64,000 nt of DNA from Octopus vulgaris. Lineage: Eukaryota. The DNA lies in assembly GCA_951406725.2 (NCBI GenBank), contig OX597822.1, positions 37,572,001 through 37,636,000 of the forward strand, written 5' to 3'. Numbering within the stretch: position 1 is the stretch's first letter; every line of letters starts with the position of its first letter. Below the pieces are notes generated by a model. That model was not told the DNA's origin. It ran no database searches and saw only the letters and a list, made by a program, of their open reading frames with translations. A program made the translations under genes and the position numbers. Shown here piece by piece: positions 52,796 to 64,000 of this stretch.

Positions 52796-53773
52796 CTATA
52801 CAAATGGCCTATAGGAGTGGTGAAGCTATTTGTTTTGTTTAATGTCTAGTTAAATAAATAGGAGTAAGCAGAACTTCTGCAAGACACATATCTAGAGTGG
52901 AGGCATTAGATTGTAGGACACAGGTTAGGGGGCAGGGCCTTAGCCTCAACCCGATTATCAACTTAAAATTAGGAAGGAAAACAAATGTGACATACACAGT
53001 AGGTAATATGAAAACAGTGTCTAGATTCTACAACAACAGCACTATGTTGTTAAAGTGACACACAACTGGGAGAAATTAGACTATGTAAATTAGTGTAAAA
53101 ATTTATATTAAGACTGATACAAACACAAAGTTAGCCAACATACCAGACTGGCTTTTCCATAAAATGATATCAGCAAGAAATTAGCCCATATACCTGGCCG
53201 ACGTTTCTGTATAATAACACCAATGAGAAATTAGCCCATGTACAAAACTGACCTTTCAATAAACCACCCGTTTCTGATGGGCTTAGCCTTAAATACCATG
53301 TAAAAAATTTCATCAAACATTAGACCTTACAGCCCATTCATATACCATAGCAGTGATATATGTTTGAGAGATTAGCTCGTTAAAATATATCCTCATTAAC
53401 ACACAAACCAATTAATTCCTTAGTTGTCAACAGTGGAAAATTAACAAATGTTGTTGGTATTTGGCAACTCCAGCCTGCAATAGCAGACATAGTGGTTTTA
53501 GATTTAAAGGAAATGATGATGATGATGATGATAATGATGATGATGATGGTGGTGGTGGTGGTGGGGATGATGGTGGTGAACATAATGAGTGAGATGGTGT
53601 TTTTAATTGAGGATTATAGCAATAGCTATGTTCCAATAAAATCGTGCACAGGTATGCACACGCACACACAGACACACACACACACACACACACACAACAA
53701 GCACACATCTTCAGGAAAGGGAAAAGGAGATGAAAAGAAAGCTCAAATACTTGCATACATTTGCTTATTATCC

Positions 53774-53949
53774 TTAAAGTCTCTGCTTTTTCGATGGTCC
53801 ATCATCTTCACTGGTCGGTGGAACTCCTTTGGGTGGTTCAGCTTCCAGGACTTTCAGGCGTTGTCCTGCAATACTCTGTCCGTGGAGAGTGTGCATGGCT
53901 CGACCAGCAGCTTCTTTGCAGGCAAATTTTGCGTAACCATAGTTACGGC
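53774..53949 (-). CDS. RBM45: RBM45 last coding exon: RRM3 C-terminal half and NLS (SKKQRL*)
   Basis: TTTCTAG acceptor, phase 1. GRNYGYAKF (RNP1)...TLHGQSIAGQRLKVLEAEPP. C-terminal KKQR resembles the recalled vertebrate KRQR NLS. Confidence 0.95.
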
Positions 53950-55708
53950 CTAGAAAAAGAAAAGTGGAAAAAGAAAACAAAAAAAAAAAAAAACAGGAAG
54001 GAAATTTCAGTAGGTTGTAGTTATAGGGAGGAAAGATGTGTGAAGTGCTTCATGTGAATTCTGGGAATGAGGAAAGACTTGCAAGGAGGGTGTATAACTG
54101 AGGTGGGAAAACCTTTTAGTGCGGCAAGCAAAAATTTACAAAGGAAAAGGTCTGTGAGCAGATCACAAGTTCTTACTCTTATATCTGTGTAGATCTTAAT
54201 ATCTATGTATAATTTGATATACATTAATAAAGATAAGTTTAACACATTAAATTAATGCGTAACATCTTCATTAATGCTACCACTGAATTTAGGACGTTTA
54301 TATTACCTATGTGGTATTCTATATTTTTCAGCTAGAGTGTAGTTGGGTCGGGGGGGGGGGGTTACAAAACTAGCAATATGTGTATTTTAGTGAAAACAAA
54401 ATTTCCATTTAAATGGCAATTACCAGACAAATTTCTGTTCAAGTCTAACCATTTTAAGTCATAGTGGAAACATGTCCTATGTTGCAAATAGGCATATGAA
54501 TATAGTATAAATTTTATAATTGAAAATTTACTATATTTTGTACATACAAGTATACCAGCCCGTGGGTGAAATAGAATGGGCTTGCAGGCAGGGTTTCCCC
54601 ACTCCTGGTGTATAATTAGTTCATAGAAGAGATAACTGTAGTAGCAGTACAATAAACAGATTGTTAATTCATGTTTGTATTATAATGGTAAGTGACTGTT
54701 TAACAACAAGTCTTCATTTAGACACCTATAATATGTGTGTGTGTGGAGGGAAGTATATAACATTTTCTGAGTAATTGCAATTTTGATGTCAGCTTATAGG
54801 ACAGATCACTATTTCCAATTTTATATAAATCATAATACAAATTCGGTTAATTATGGTATTCCATTTCATACATAAATTCTCAGTAATGTCATTAACAAAC
54901 AAAAGCATTTTGCATGGTGTACGAATGGTTCTGCCAGCTAGCCACCTTGGTTTCATTAAATATGGATTCAAATTTTGGCACAAGGCCAGCAACTGTGTGG
55001 GGAGGGATGGGGTAAGTTCATTACATTGACCCCAGTGCTCAACTGGTACTTACTTCATTGACTCTGAAAGGATGAAGGCCAAGTCAACCTTGGTAGAATT
55101 TAAACTCAGAATGTAAAGATGGACAAAATACCACTAAGCATTTTGCCTGGCATGGTAATGGTTCTGCCAGTTTGCCACCTTGGTTTTGTTAAACATTAAA
55201 ACTGGACAAATATTCCTTACATTTAAAAGACGTCATCATCATTATCATCGTTTAATGTCTGTTTTCCATGCTGGTATGGGTTAGTCGGTTTGACTGAGGT
55301 CTGGAGAGACAGGAGGCTGCACCAGGCTCCAATCTGATCTGACAATGTTTCTACAATTGGATGCTCATCCTAAAGCCAATCACCCTGAAAGTGTAGTGGG
55401 TGCTTTTTATGTACCACCGGTACAGGAGCCAGTCACAAGGTACTGGCATCAGCCACGTTTGGATGGTGCTTTTGATGTGCCTTCAGCATCGGAACCAGTC
55501 AGGTGGCCTGGGCATCGATTATGTTCACATAGTGCTTTTTACATGCCACCACCATTAATGGATGAGAGGCAATGTTAACCTCAGCACATTGGAACTCACA
55601 TTGTGAACAATCATAACTAAAAACTCGCATTTTCTTGAACTCTCCTGATTCCACCTGTCCACTGTCTTACATCACAATTTATGAATAACTGAAAAAGGTT
55701 TCTCTTAC

Positions 55709-55949
55709 CTGATAACAAATAGACATCAATGAGGTCCCCAAATCGACAGAAACAGTCACGTAGGATCAGTTCTGGGACAGCAGAAGGCTGACAAACTATA
55801 AACAGACGTTGACTGACGGGTGTGTCTTCAGATCGTAATGGTTGTGTACGAGGCAGACTAATGTTAGAGTAACGGACACGCTCTAAAACTGGCTCCTTTG
55901 CTAAAATACGATCAGGGCTGATGCCAGCTTTCTCCAAAACCATTGCAGC
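55709..55949 (-). CDS. RBM45: RBM45 exon: linker and RRM3 N-terminal half
   Basis: TTTCAG|...|GTAAGA, phase 0-1. QRLFIVCQP...LRDCFCRFGDLIDVYLLSG. Confidence 0.95.
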
Positions 55950-56272
55950 CTGAAAGAGAGAATAATCCATCAATGGATATGTCAAGAGAAATTAGGCAGG
56001 ATAATAATTATATTTATCCTTTGGCATTCAGATTACCATGACAAATATATTTATATATTCATATTGTTTCGCATTAATCATGGCTTATCTCATAGCTTTG
56101 AGATTTCAATGATTGTTTATCCTTAGAATGACATTGTAGTGTAGGTGTAAGAGGCCAGACCTGGTCTGCTTGAACAGAAAATGGGTAGAATATGTGGGCT
56201 GGATATGGCCACTTTAAATGCTAATGGGTTAAGCCATTGGGATAGATAGAGCCTGCTGATATTGTATATTTA

Positions 56273-57359
56273 CCCTTTCGTTACCAAACTGCCCAGAGCC
56301 ACCCGAAAAAAATTTTTGGTTAATGTGACCAAACCGACCAAACCCGCTCGTATTTACCTATTCATATTTAAATGAGAATATCAGAGCAAATCTCTTTAGT
56401 ACATTCATAAAAACACGTATTATACTTCGTAAACATTTCAACTACAGTTTTGTACAACAATCGAAGTGTAATTTTAATTACGTGAATTTTGGGAGATTTT
56501 TTTCCGAAATTTGTTCCTATTGTGTTTTTAAAATTTGTAATTCTGACAAAAAATGGATACAAATTTCATTATATCAAGCAGCAAGTCAGAATTCGAAGGA
56601 TTTTCTACTGAAGACCTTCATAAATCTAACTCTATGACTGAAAAAAAAAGCACGTGGTATTTGATAATGAATCTGATGTTTCATTTTCCGAAAGTGAAAA
56701 CAGTGAATCCGAGAGCTCCGACAGCGATAAAGAAAATGAATTGGCACCTGAATGGAGTGAAAATTTAAAAACTGTTTCTTTCAGTGATTTTTCTGAAGAA
56801 ACTGGACCAAGCCACAGACTTTCCCAGGAGAGTAAAGCCTTAGACTATTTCTTTTTACTTTTTCGAATGAGCCTATTTGAAATCATTACAGCGGAAACGA
56901 ACCGTTACGCTAAATGTAAACAAAGCTAAAGAAAGTATAGTTAGTGGTTTCCAACAACCTTAAATTAAATTAAGAATATTTTGACATAAATATTATTATG
57001 GGTATCAGAAAGTTACCCAGAATAACAAATTCTATTGTAAAATTTTGTTGTATACCCAATTGAATATTAGCTAATAACCCATTTTCTATAGCGATGTTTG
57101 AACAAAATTTTAATTAATTTTATATTTTGTTGAATTTACCTGTATCTACCAGCAATTAGAGTCACTTTGTGACAAAAATTATAGTATAGAATTGGTTGAG
57201 AACATTTCATTAAATTATCTTCCAAAAATCTCATTAATATATTGATAAATAAAAAAGTTATAGTTGTTTAATGAAACCAGACTAAATTTATGATTATGTT
57301 AGAAATTAATTGAAACACATAAGGGGTGTATTTTGGTCAGAAATATAGTAACGAAAGGG
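56273..57359 (+). mobile_element. Internally deleted piggyBac (PGBD-like) transposon
   Basis: TIRs CCCTTTCGTTAC / GTAACGAAAGGG with TTTA/TTAA flanks. ORF 56654-56929 has an acidic N-terminus and LDYFFLLF..LFEIITAETNRYA, followed by stop-interrupted W.PTT..IMGIRKLP. Confidence 0.9.
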
Positions 57360-58371
57360 TTAAACACAATGGATACTTTTTTTTTTTTTTCACAAAATAT
57401 GAAAAGAAGAAATGTGTTATTATTGACAGTTCCATAAAAAGCAAAAAATGCCTGAATCTTCCTAAGCAAAGAAAAGCATAATTAAAGAGATCAATGTTAT
57501 TTGTTGATAGAAAAAATAGTGGACAGATAGAGTTAGCCCAGTCTTATACAGTTAAAGAGAGGCAGAGAAGAACAAAAGATTGGAAGAATACCAGTGAAAG
57601 ACACAATGTAGATGTATGTGTCTTTATGTGTAAATAGGCTCAGAAATGGCTGTAGGATTAAGGTCTGCTTCACAACCAGACAGCTCTGGGTTCAACCCCA
57701 CTCTGTTCAACATTGAGCAAGTGTCTACTCTGGCCTTTGGACTGACCAATACCTTGCAAGTGGAATTTTGTTGACAGAAAGTGAGAGAGACAGACAGACA
57801 GAGACAGAGAGAGGATATAGGATTTAGTGGTTAGGATATTTCAGCTCACAATCAGAGGGTTATTGGCTCACCACCCAGAAGTGCGTAATGTTCTGGAGCA
57901 AAGCACTTTATTTCACGTTGCTCTAATCCACTCAGCCTTGTCACATTCAGTGTCACACAGAATCTCCCTGAGAACTATATTAAGAGTATGCATGTCTGTA
58001 GAGTGCTCAGCCACTTGCACATTAATTTCACAAGCAGGCTGTTCCATTGATTTGATCAACTGCAACACTTGTCATCAAAACCGACAGAGTGCCTATGTAT
58101 GTATGTATGTATGCAGCAAATGTGTATATATATGTGCATGTGCAGGTCTGTGCTTATGCTTAGCACAGTAAACCAGTGGCAAGTTGTGTCCACGTGAAAA
58201 CCCTAATGATTGATGATAAGTACTGGGAGGCTAATATGATGGCCAATTCCTTTCAGGATGGAGTGTCCCAGCATGGCCTTGGTCCAACAACCAAACCTTG
58301 TAAGATAAATTGTGCATGTCTACACACACACACACACACACACGAACATAAAGAGAGATGTTGCAACTGAC

Positions 58372-58438
58372 CTTCTTGAAAGTATCCTTGGGTGTTGATG
58401 TCCAGAGTGGAGAACCGGCTACTGCTCCCTCCATATAA
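58372..58438 (-). CDS. RBM45: RBM45 exon (S)YMEGAVAGSPLWTSTPKDTFKK
   Basis: TTAACAG|...|GTCAGT. Phase 2-0 exactly bridges the flanking exons. Confidence 0.85.
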
Positions 58439-60325
58439 CTGTTAATAAAAATACCATAATATTACAGGGTGTCACAGAGAGAAGAGTGCTGGACTCAGTG
58501 TGTAGTTACTTCCCTTTATGTTCTGTCTTTTTTTTTCCCCTTACACGAGATTTATAAAATACTGTAACAGCATTAGTAATCATTATGAGTAACAGGTTAA
58601 AAGTGGTGAGCTGGCAGAACCATCAGCATGCTGGACAAAATCCTTAATGGCATTTCCTCAATCTATATTTTGTGATCAAATTCCAAAAAGGCTGACTTCA
58701 CCTTTCATCCTTTTAAGTAAAGTCCTGGGAGTGGTGGAATCAACTAACCTCTCCCCACAAAATAAGGACAAGACATAAGGAAAAACAACACAGGTAGTTG
58801 ATCATCATCAGCCTCATCCTCATCCTCCATCTATTTTCCATGCAGGCATGGGTTAGAAGTTTTGAGTGGAACTGATAAACCAGAGAGCTGTACCAAGGCT
58901 CCAGTTTGATTTGGCTTAGTTCCTACGGCTGGATGCCCTTCCTAATGCCAACCACTCCAAGAATGTAGTGGGTGCTTTTATGTGTCACCAGCACTGTTTT
59001 TATATATATATATATATATAAATACATACATATAAAGGCCTGTGCAAGAGCAACAGTAACAGAAAAGGATATCCTATAGGATTAATGATTATAGATTAAA
59101 CATGTTTGTGTGTATGTGTATAATCTATAATCATTAGACCAAAAAATAAATTTTGTTTTACTCATGCCTCTTTGAGAGTTCACTCTCAAACTTCTCTTTG
59201 ACTTCTTTCTTCTAAGTCATCGGGCATTGCTTCTTTTGAACTGGAAACCAAAATATATATATATATATATATTACATGCTTCGGTCATTTGACTGAGGTC
59301 ATGCTGGGGCACCGCCTTGAATTTTTTAGTCAAATGAATCGACCCTAGGACTTATTCTATCAGTATCTTTTGCTGAACTGTTAAGTTATGGAGATGTATA
59401 AACACCAACACTGGTTGTCAAGTGGTGATGGGGAGACAAATACAGACACACACACACATGGATAGATACACATATATATATATATATGACGGGCTTCTTT
59501 CTACCAAATCTATTCACAAGGCTTTGGAGGCTATAGTAGAAGACACTTGCCCAAGGTGCCAAACAGTGGAACTGAACCTGGAACCATGTGGTTGGGAAGC
59601 AAGCTTCTTACCACACAGCCGCTATATATATATAGAGTAACTGCTGCATTTGTTGAACATATAAACAGTTTGGCTGCTTGTCTCTCTGGAGACTGTCAGA
59701 ATGATGTAGATGCCTCTGATGAGAACCCAATAAGGTTTGAAAATCAATTAACGTTGCTCTTCGTTTTTTCAATCTGCAGAGAATTACGTCCTGTTCTTGT
59801 CACATTTTTTTTTCTTTCCTTGTTTTTACCCCTCTGCAAAGGAATTTTATTTAATTCTTTTGCAGGAAGGATTAGTTTGACGGGTCGTGTTCTGTCCTTA
59901 CCTTCGAAACACGCATGGAGTCGAGCCAGGGACAGCTGATGAAGGGGAATATTCCTTGTATTGTTTGTCTTGTACTCTGTTTTTTCGTTGTTAAAAAAAG
60001 TCTGTTTCCTTGTTTGTTTTTATGTTTTCGTTTCTCGTTGAGTTCTACGTCTATTCATGGTGTCCTGTACTCATATCATCATCATCATCGTTTAACGTCC
60101 GTTCTCCATGCCAGCATGGGTTGGACGGTTCGACCGGGGATCTGGGAAGCCAGAAGGCTGCACCAGGCTCCAGTCTTATCTGGCAATGTTTCTACAGCTG
60201 GATGCCCTACCAAATCCAACCACTCCGTGAGTGTAGTGGGTGCTTTTTACGTGCCACCTGCATGTATGTATACATGTAAATGTAGGTACGTACATATATG
60301 TATGCATATATTTTATTTATTAAAC

Positions 60326-60400
<75 letters not shown>

Positions 60401-60825
60401 ATATATATATATATATATATATGATATATGGTGCTCCTCTTAAGGCTAATACTCATTTTTAGCTAAACAGGTTAGAGCAACATACACATGGCTGTGTGGT
60501 TCAGAAACTTTGCAGTCACATGGTTTTTTGGGGTTCAGTCCTACTGTAAGGTATCTTTGGCAGGTTCAAAAAATAAATACTAGGATTGATTTGTTCAATT
60601 GAAAGCTTCAAGGCAGTGCCCCAGCATGGCTGCGCTCAAATAACTGAAACAAATAAAAGACGAAGAAACACACATACACGCAAATGCATATATGTATTAG
60701 TTGTTGACATAATTACGGTAGCTTAAGAAACTGATGCAGTAGACTAGGTCTGTCACTGTTGCTATGGTAATTATCATTGGATATGGACTTGTCATTGTTG
60801 CTATAGTGACAACTGGAATACTTAC

Positions 60826-60976
60826 CTATCACTATAACCAAGGGGCATATCAACATTTGATGGCTGGTCTGCATAACGGACATGTATCCTGGAACCTATA
60901 GGGTACTCAAAACCTTCCAGCTTGTCTCTTGCATAAGCAGCTGCTTGTGGAGTACAGTACCTGGCATAGGCAACAC
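60826..60976 (-). CDS. RBM45: RBM45 exon: second half of the HOA/pseudo-RRM domain
   Basis: TTACAG|...|GTAAGT, phase 1-2. GVAYARYCTPQAAAYARDKLEGFEYPIGSRIHVRY matches the recalled AIYAKYKLHGFQYPPGNRI. Confidence 0.95.
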
Positions 60977-61842
60977 CTGTAACAGAAATAACAACACTCT
61001 TCCTGCTTCAATTGGCTACAAACAGTAAGGGCAAGGTGAGCACTACACAGCACTTGCAGTTTGGTGTTTTACTATATACATATATGTGTGTGTGTGTGTG
61101 TGTGTGTCTATGTGTACGTGTGTGTATCTTATCCAGCTAATACAAAGATTATATCGCATGGGTTTGGCTCTGCAGTAAAGACTTTGTTTCTCAACAACAT
61201 GGTTTTAGGTTCGGTTCTATTGCATGACACTGGGCCTGTTGTCTTCTACTATAGCTTTGGGCCAATCAAAGCCTTGTGAATGGATTTGGTTGACAGAAAC
61301 TGAAAGAAGCTCATCAGCATCATTCAATGTCCCCTCCTTCATGGGTTGGATGGTTTGACAAGAACGGACAAGCCAGAAGGTCTCTGACAGGTTCTGCATC
61401 TGCTTCAGCATGATTTATCTAGCTGGATACCCTTCCTAACACCTACAACTTATCAGAGAGTACTGTGTGCATTTTATGTGACACCAGCACCAGTGAGGTT
61501 GTCAAGTACCCACAAGATAGGACCTTTCAATTGAGCAGGGTATAGAAAGAAACTATATATATATATTCTGTATGACCCATAGAAGAATGGAAAAGAGGAC
61601 AGGATAACTTGAAATACTTACAAATACATTCTGGGTACTCGTATTAGCTTAATACTCTTGTCTGAATGGTTAAGATGTTCATGCTGTAAACTTGTAGTTG
61701 AGGGTTCAATCCCACAGCACAGTATTGCTGGGAAAAGTTGAACACTGTGGTGGGGGGTGTCAATGTAATCAACTTACCCACTTCCCCAAAATTGCTGGCC
61801 TTGTGCCAAAACTAGAGACTATTATTATCATTATTATTATCT

Positions 61843-62300
61843 AAGGCACTGAGCTGGCAGAATCATTAGCACACCGGGCAAAATGCTCAATGGTATGTCA
61901 TCTGTTGTTACATTCTGAGTTCAAATTCCACCAAGATCGGCTTTGCCTTTCATCCTTTTGGGCTCAATAAAATAAGTATCAGTTGGGTACTAGGGTCAAT
62001 GTGATTGACTATCTCCTTCCCCACAAATTCCAAGCCTTGTGCCTAGAGTAGAAAGGATTATTGTTATTATTATTATTATTATTATTATTAAAGTGGTGAG
62101 CTGATAGAATTATTGCCACACTGGGCAAAGCACTTAGTGGCATTTCTCCCATCTTCATATTCTGAGTTCAAATTTCACCAAGGTCGACTTTGTCATTCGT
62201 CCTTCTGTGGTTGATACAATAAGTGCCAGTCAAGAACTGGGGTCAATGTAAAAGACTAGTCCATCCCTCAAAATTTCAGGCCTTGTGCCTATAGTAGGAA
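61843..62300 (+). mobile_element. Tandem copies of SINE family B separated by (ATT)n
   Basis: Two GAGCTG(G/A)(C/T)AGAAT..GAGTTCAAATT..CCTTGTGCC units, preceded by a partial third from ~61750. Confidence 0.8.
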
Positions 62301-62362
62301 AGATCATCATCATCAAAAAGCAGGTTAGTTGTACAAATATTAGGTAAAAATTTAATATTTAC

Positions 62363-62560
62363 CAGTGCTTTCATTGAGATCACAGTATTCGAGACCTGGT
62401 ACAAGATTGAGGAGACGTGTGAGGTAAGATTGGCTGAGACCAAGGGCCACAGTTAGATGAAGGCGTTGGTAGTTATTGTGTGGGTAGTTCTGGATAGGAT
62501 CTAATGGCCCCATACCAGAAGAAGAACATCCTCCCATGTTGCCACCAACTCCACTGGCAT
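62363..62560 (-). CDS. RBM45: RBM45 exon: Gly-rich linker and first half of the HOA domain
   Basis: TTTTCAG|...|GTAAAT, phase 1-1. QRLHLTV...LLNLVPGLEYCDL carries the family motif VPGLEYC. Confidence 0.95.
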
Positions 62561-63332
62561 CTGAAAAAATAAGCAAACAACAATCATCATCATCATCATC
62601 GTACATCTGTTTTCTATGCTGGCATGGATTGGACAATTTGATAAGAGCTGGCAAACCAGAGGACTGTGACAAGCTCCATTGTCTGTTTTAGCACAGTCCT
62701 CTGGTTTGAAAAATAATTTCTCTTAACCCTTTAGCATTCAGATTATTCGGTCAAATATATCATCGTCATTGTTTAATGTCCACTTTCCATGCTGGCATGG
62801 GTTGGATGGTTTGACCGAGGACTGGCAAGCCAGGTGGTTGCACCAGGCTTCAATCTGATCTGGCAAGATTTCTACAGCTGGATGCCCTTCCTAATGCCAA
62901 CCACTCTAAGTGTGGTGGGTGCTTTTTATGTGTCGCTGGCATAGGGGCCAGTCAGGCAGCACTGGCATCAAAAACACTCGAATGGTGCTTTTTACATGCC
63001 ACTCACGGGAGCCAGTCAGGCGGTACTGGCATCAACCATGCTCGAATGGTGCTTTTTACATGTCACTGGCACAGGAGCCATGCTTATATATTTACGTTAT
63101 TTTGAATTAATTATGCATTATCTTGTAGCTCTCAGATATCAATGATGTGACTGTTTATTGTTGGGTAGGAGTGAGAGGCCGGATCTGGCCAGTTTGACCG
63201 GTTGATTTAAATACAAAAGGGTTAATGCTCACAGATTAGGGTACATTGCAGAAAAACTGCGATAAGAAAACAAATATTTGTGTAATACTACTGAATGAAT
63301 AAAAGAGTTTTTATCAGAAAGTAGCTGCTTAC

Positions 63333-63455
63333 TTGGATATGGAGGCATAGCTTCAGGAATTGCTGGCCCATAGCCACCTGCTCCACTGTACATATCATAA
63401 CCTCGGTAACCAAAATCTTCACGGCCACCCATCTCGGTGAAACAGCGTTTAACAC
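63333..63455 (-). CDS. RBM45: RBM45 exon (G)VKRCFTEMGGREDFGYRGYDMYSGAGGYGPAIPEAMPPYP
   Basis: TTTGCAG|...|GTAAGC, 123 nt, phase 1-1, in frame with the next exon. Confidence 0.85.
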
Positions 63456-64000
63456 CTGCAAAATAACCAATTTGATAGCAGAAGTTTCAGAATAAATGAA
63501 CAACTAAAAGTACTTTTCACAAATACAAATGAATCCATCTTACATCTCCCATTATCTTGCATTATCATACACTGGCACTGATAAAGTACTGACAGTTCCA
63601 ACACCATGCTGGTACAATATACTAGTGCTAATACTCCACTGGCAAGCCTGAAGTGATAATGAGTCACTGATAAAATACCAAATTCACTGATGTTGCCCTG
63701 GGATTATATACTTTTGTTTTTTCAATCTGCCACACACAAATACATTTTCCTATTAATAACAACAAAACTAAAATTGATGTTAGCAATGCAATACCAGTAT
63801 ATAAAATATATTCTTAAATGTAAAAAACAAATTGCCACACTTCTAAAGCAATGATATGGATGGAATATCGAGTGTATGAGTGTCTGATGAAACATATTAA
63901 TGGTGGTGTCCCAGCATGACCACAGCTTCAAAGCTGAAACAAGCTAAAGAGTTATATTAAATTTGTGTACATTGTTTACATAATTTGGACTGGTGTCCTC

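Overview
AT-rich, microsatellite-rich eukaryotic DNA. The repeat landscape (tRNA-headed SINEs, RTE LINEs, Tc1/mariner, piggyBac MITEs, Penelope remnants) suggests a coleoid cephalopod, probably Octopus; this is inference from repeat style, not a search. Two intron-rich genes converge tail-to-tail. On +, the 3' exons of an LRRFIP1/2 homolog run 28595-36118, with a probable upstream Ser/Arg-rich exon at 22278-22604. On -, the last six coding exons of RBM45 run 63455-53774. Both 5' ends lie outside the window. All exons were read by hand, with GT-AG sites and phases that chain correctly. Most of the ORF track is microsatellite or transposon noise. Most notable: (i) Penelope-like remnants with hammerhead-ribozyme motifs, one with a tRNA-like Pol III cassette directly upstream of the ribozyme; (ii) a chain of in-phase candidate exons upstream of the LRRFIP coiled coil ending in a CCC-containing terminal exon; (iii) several long hairpins that could be ADAR substrates; (iv) unrelated minisatellites sharing a ~30-bp period. 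No CRISPR array, rRNA or bona fide tRNA gene is supported.
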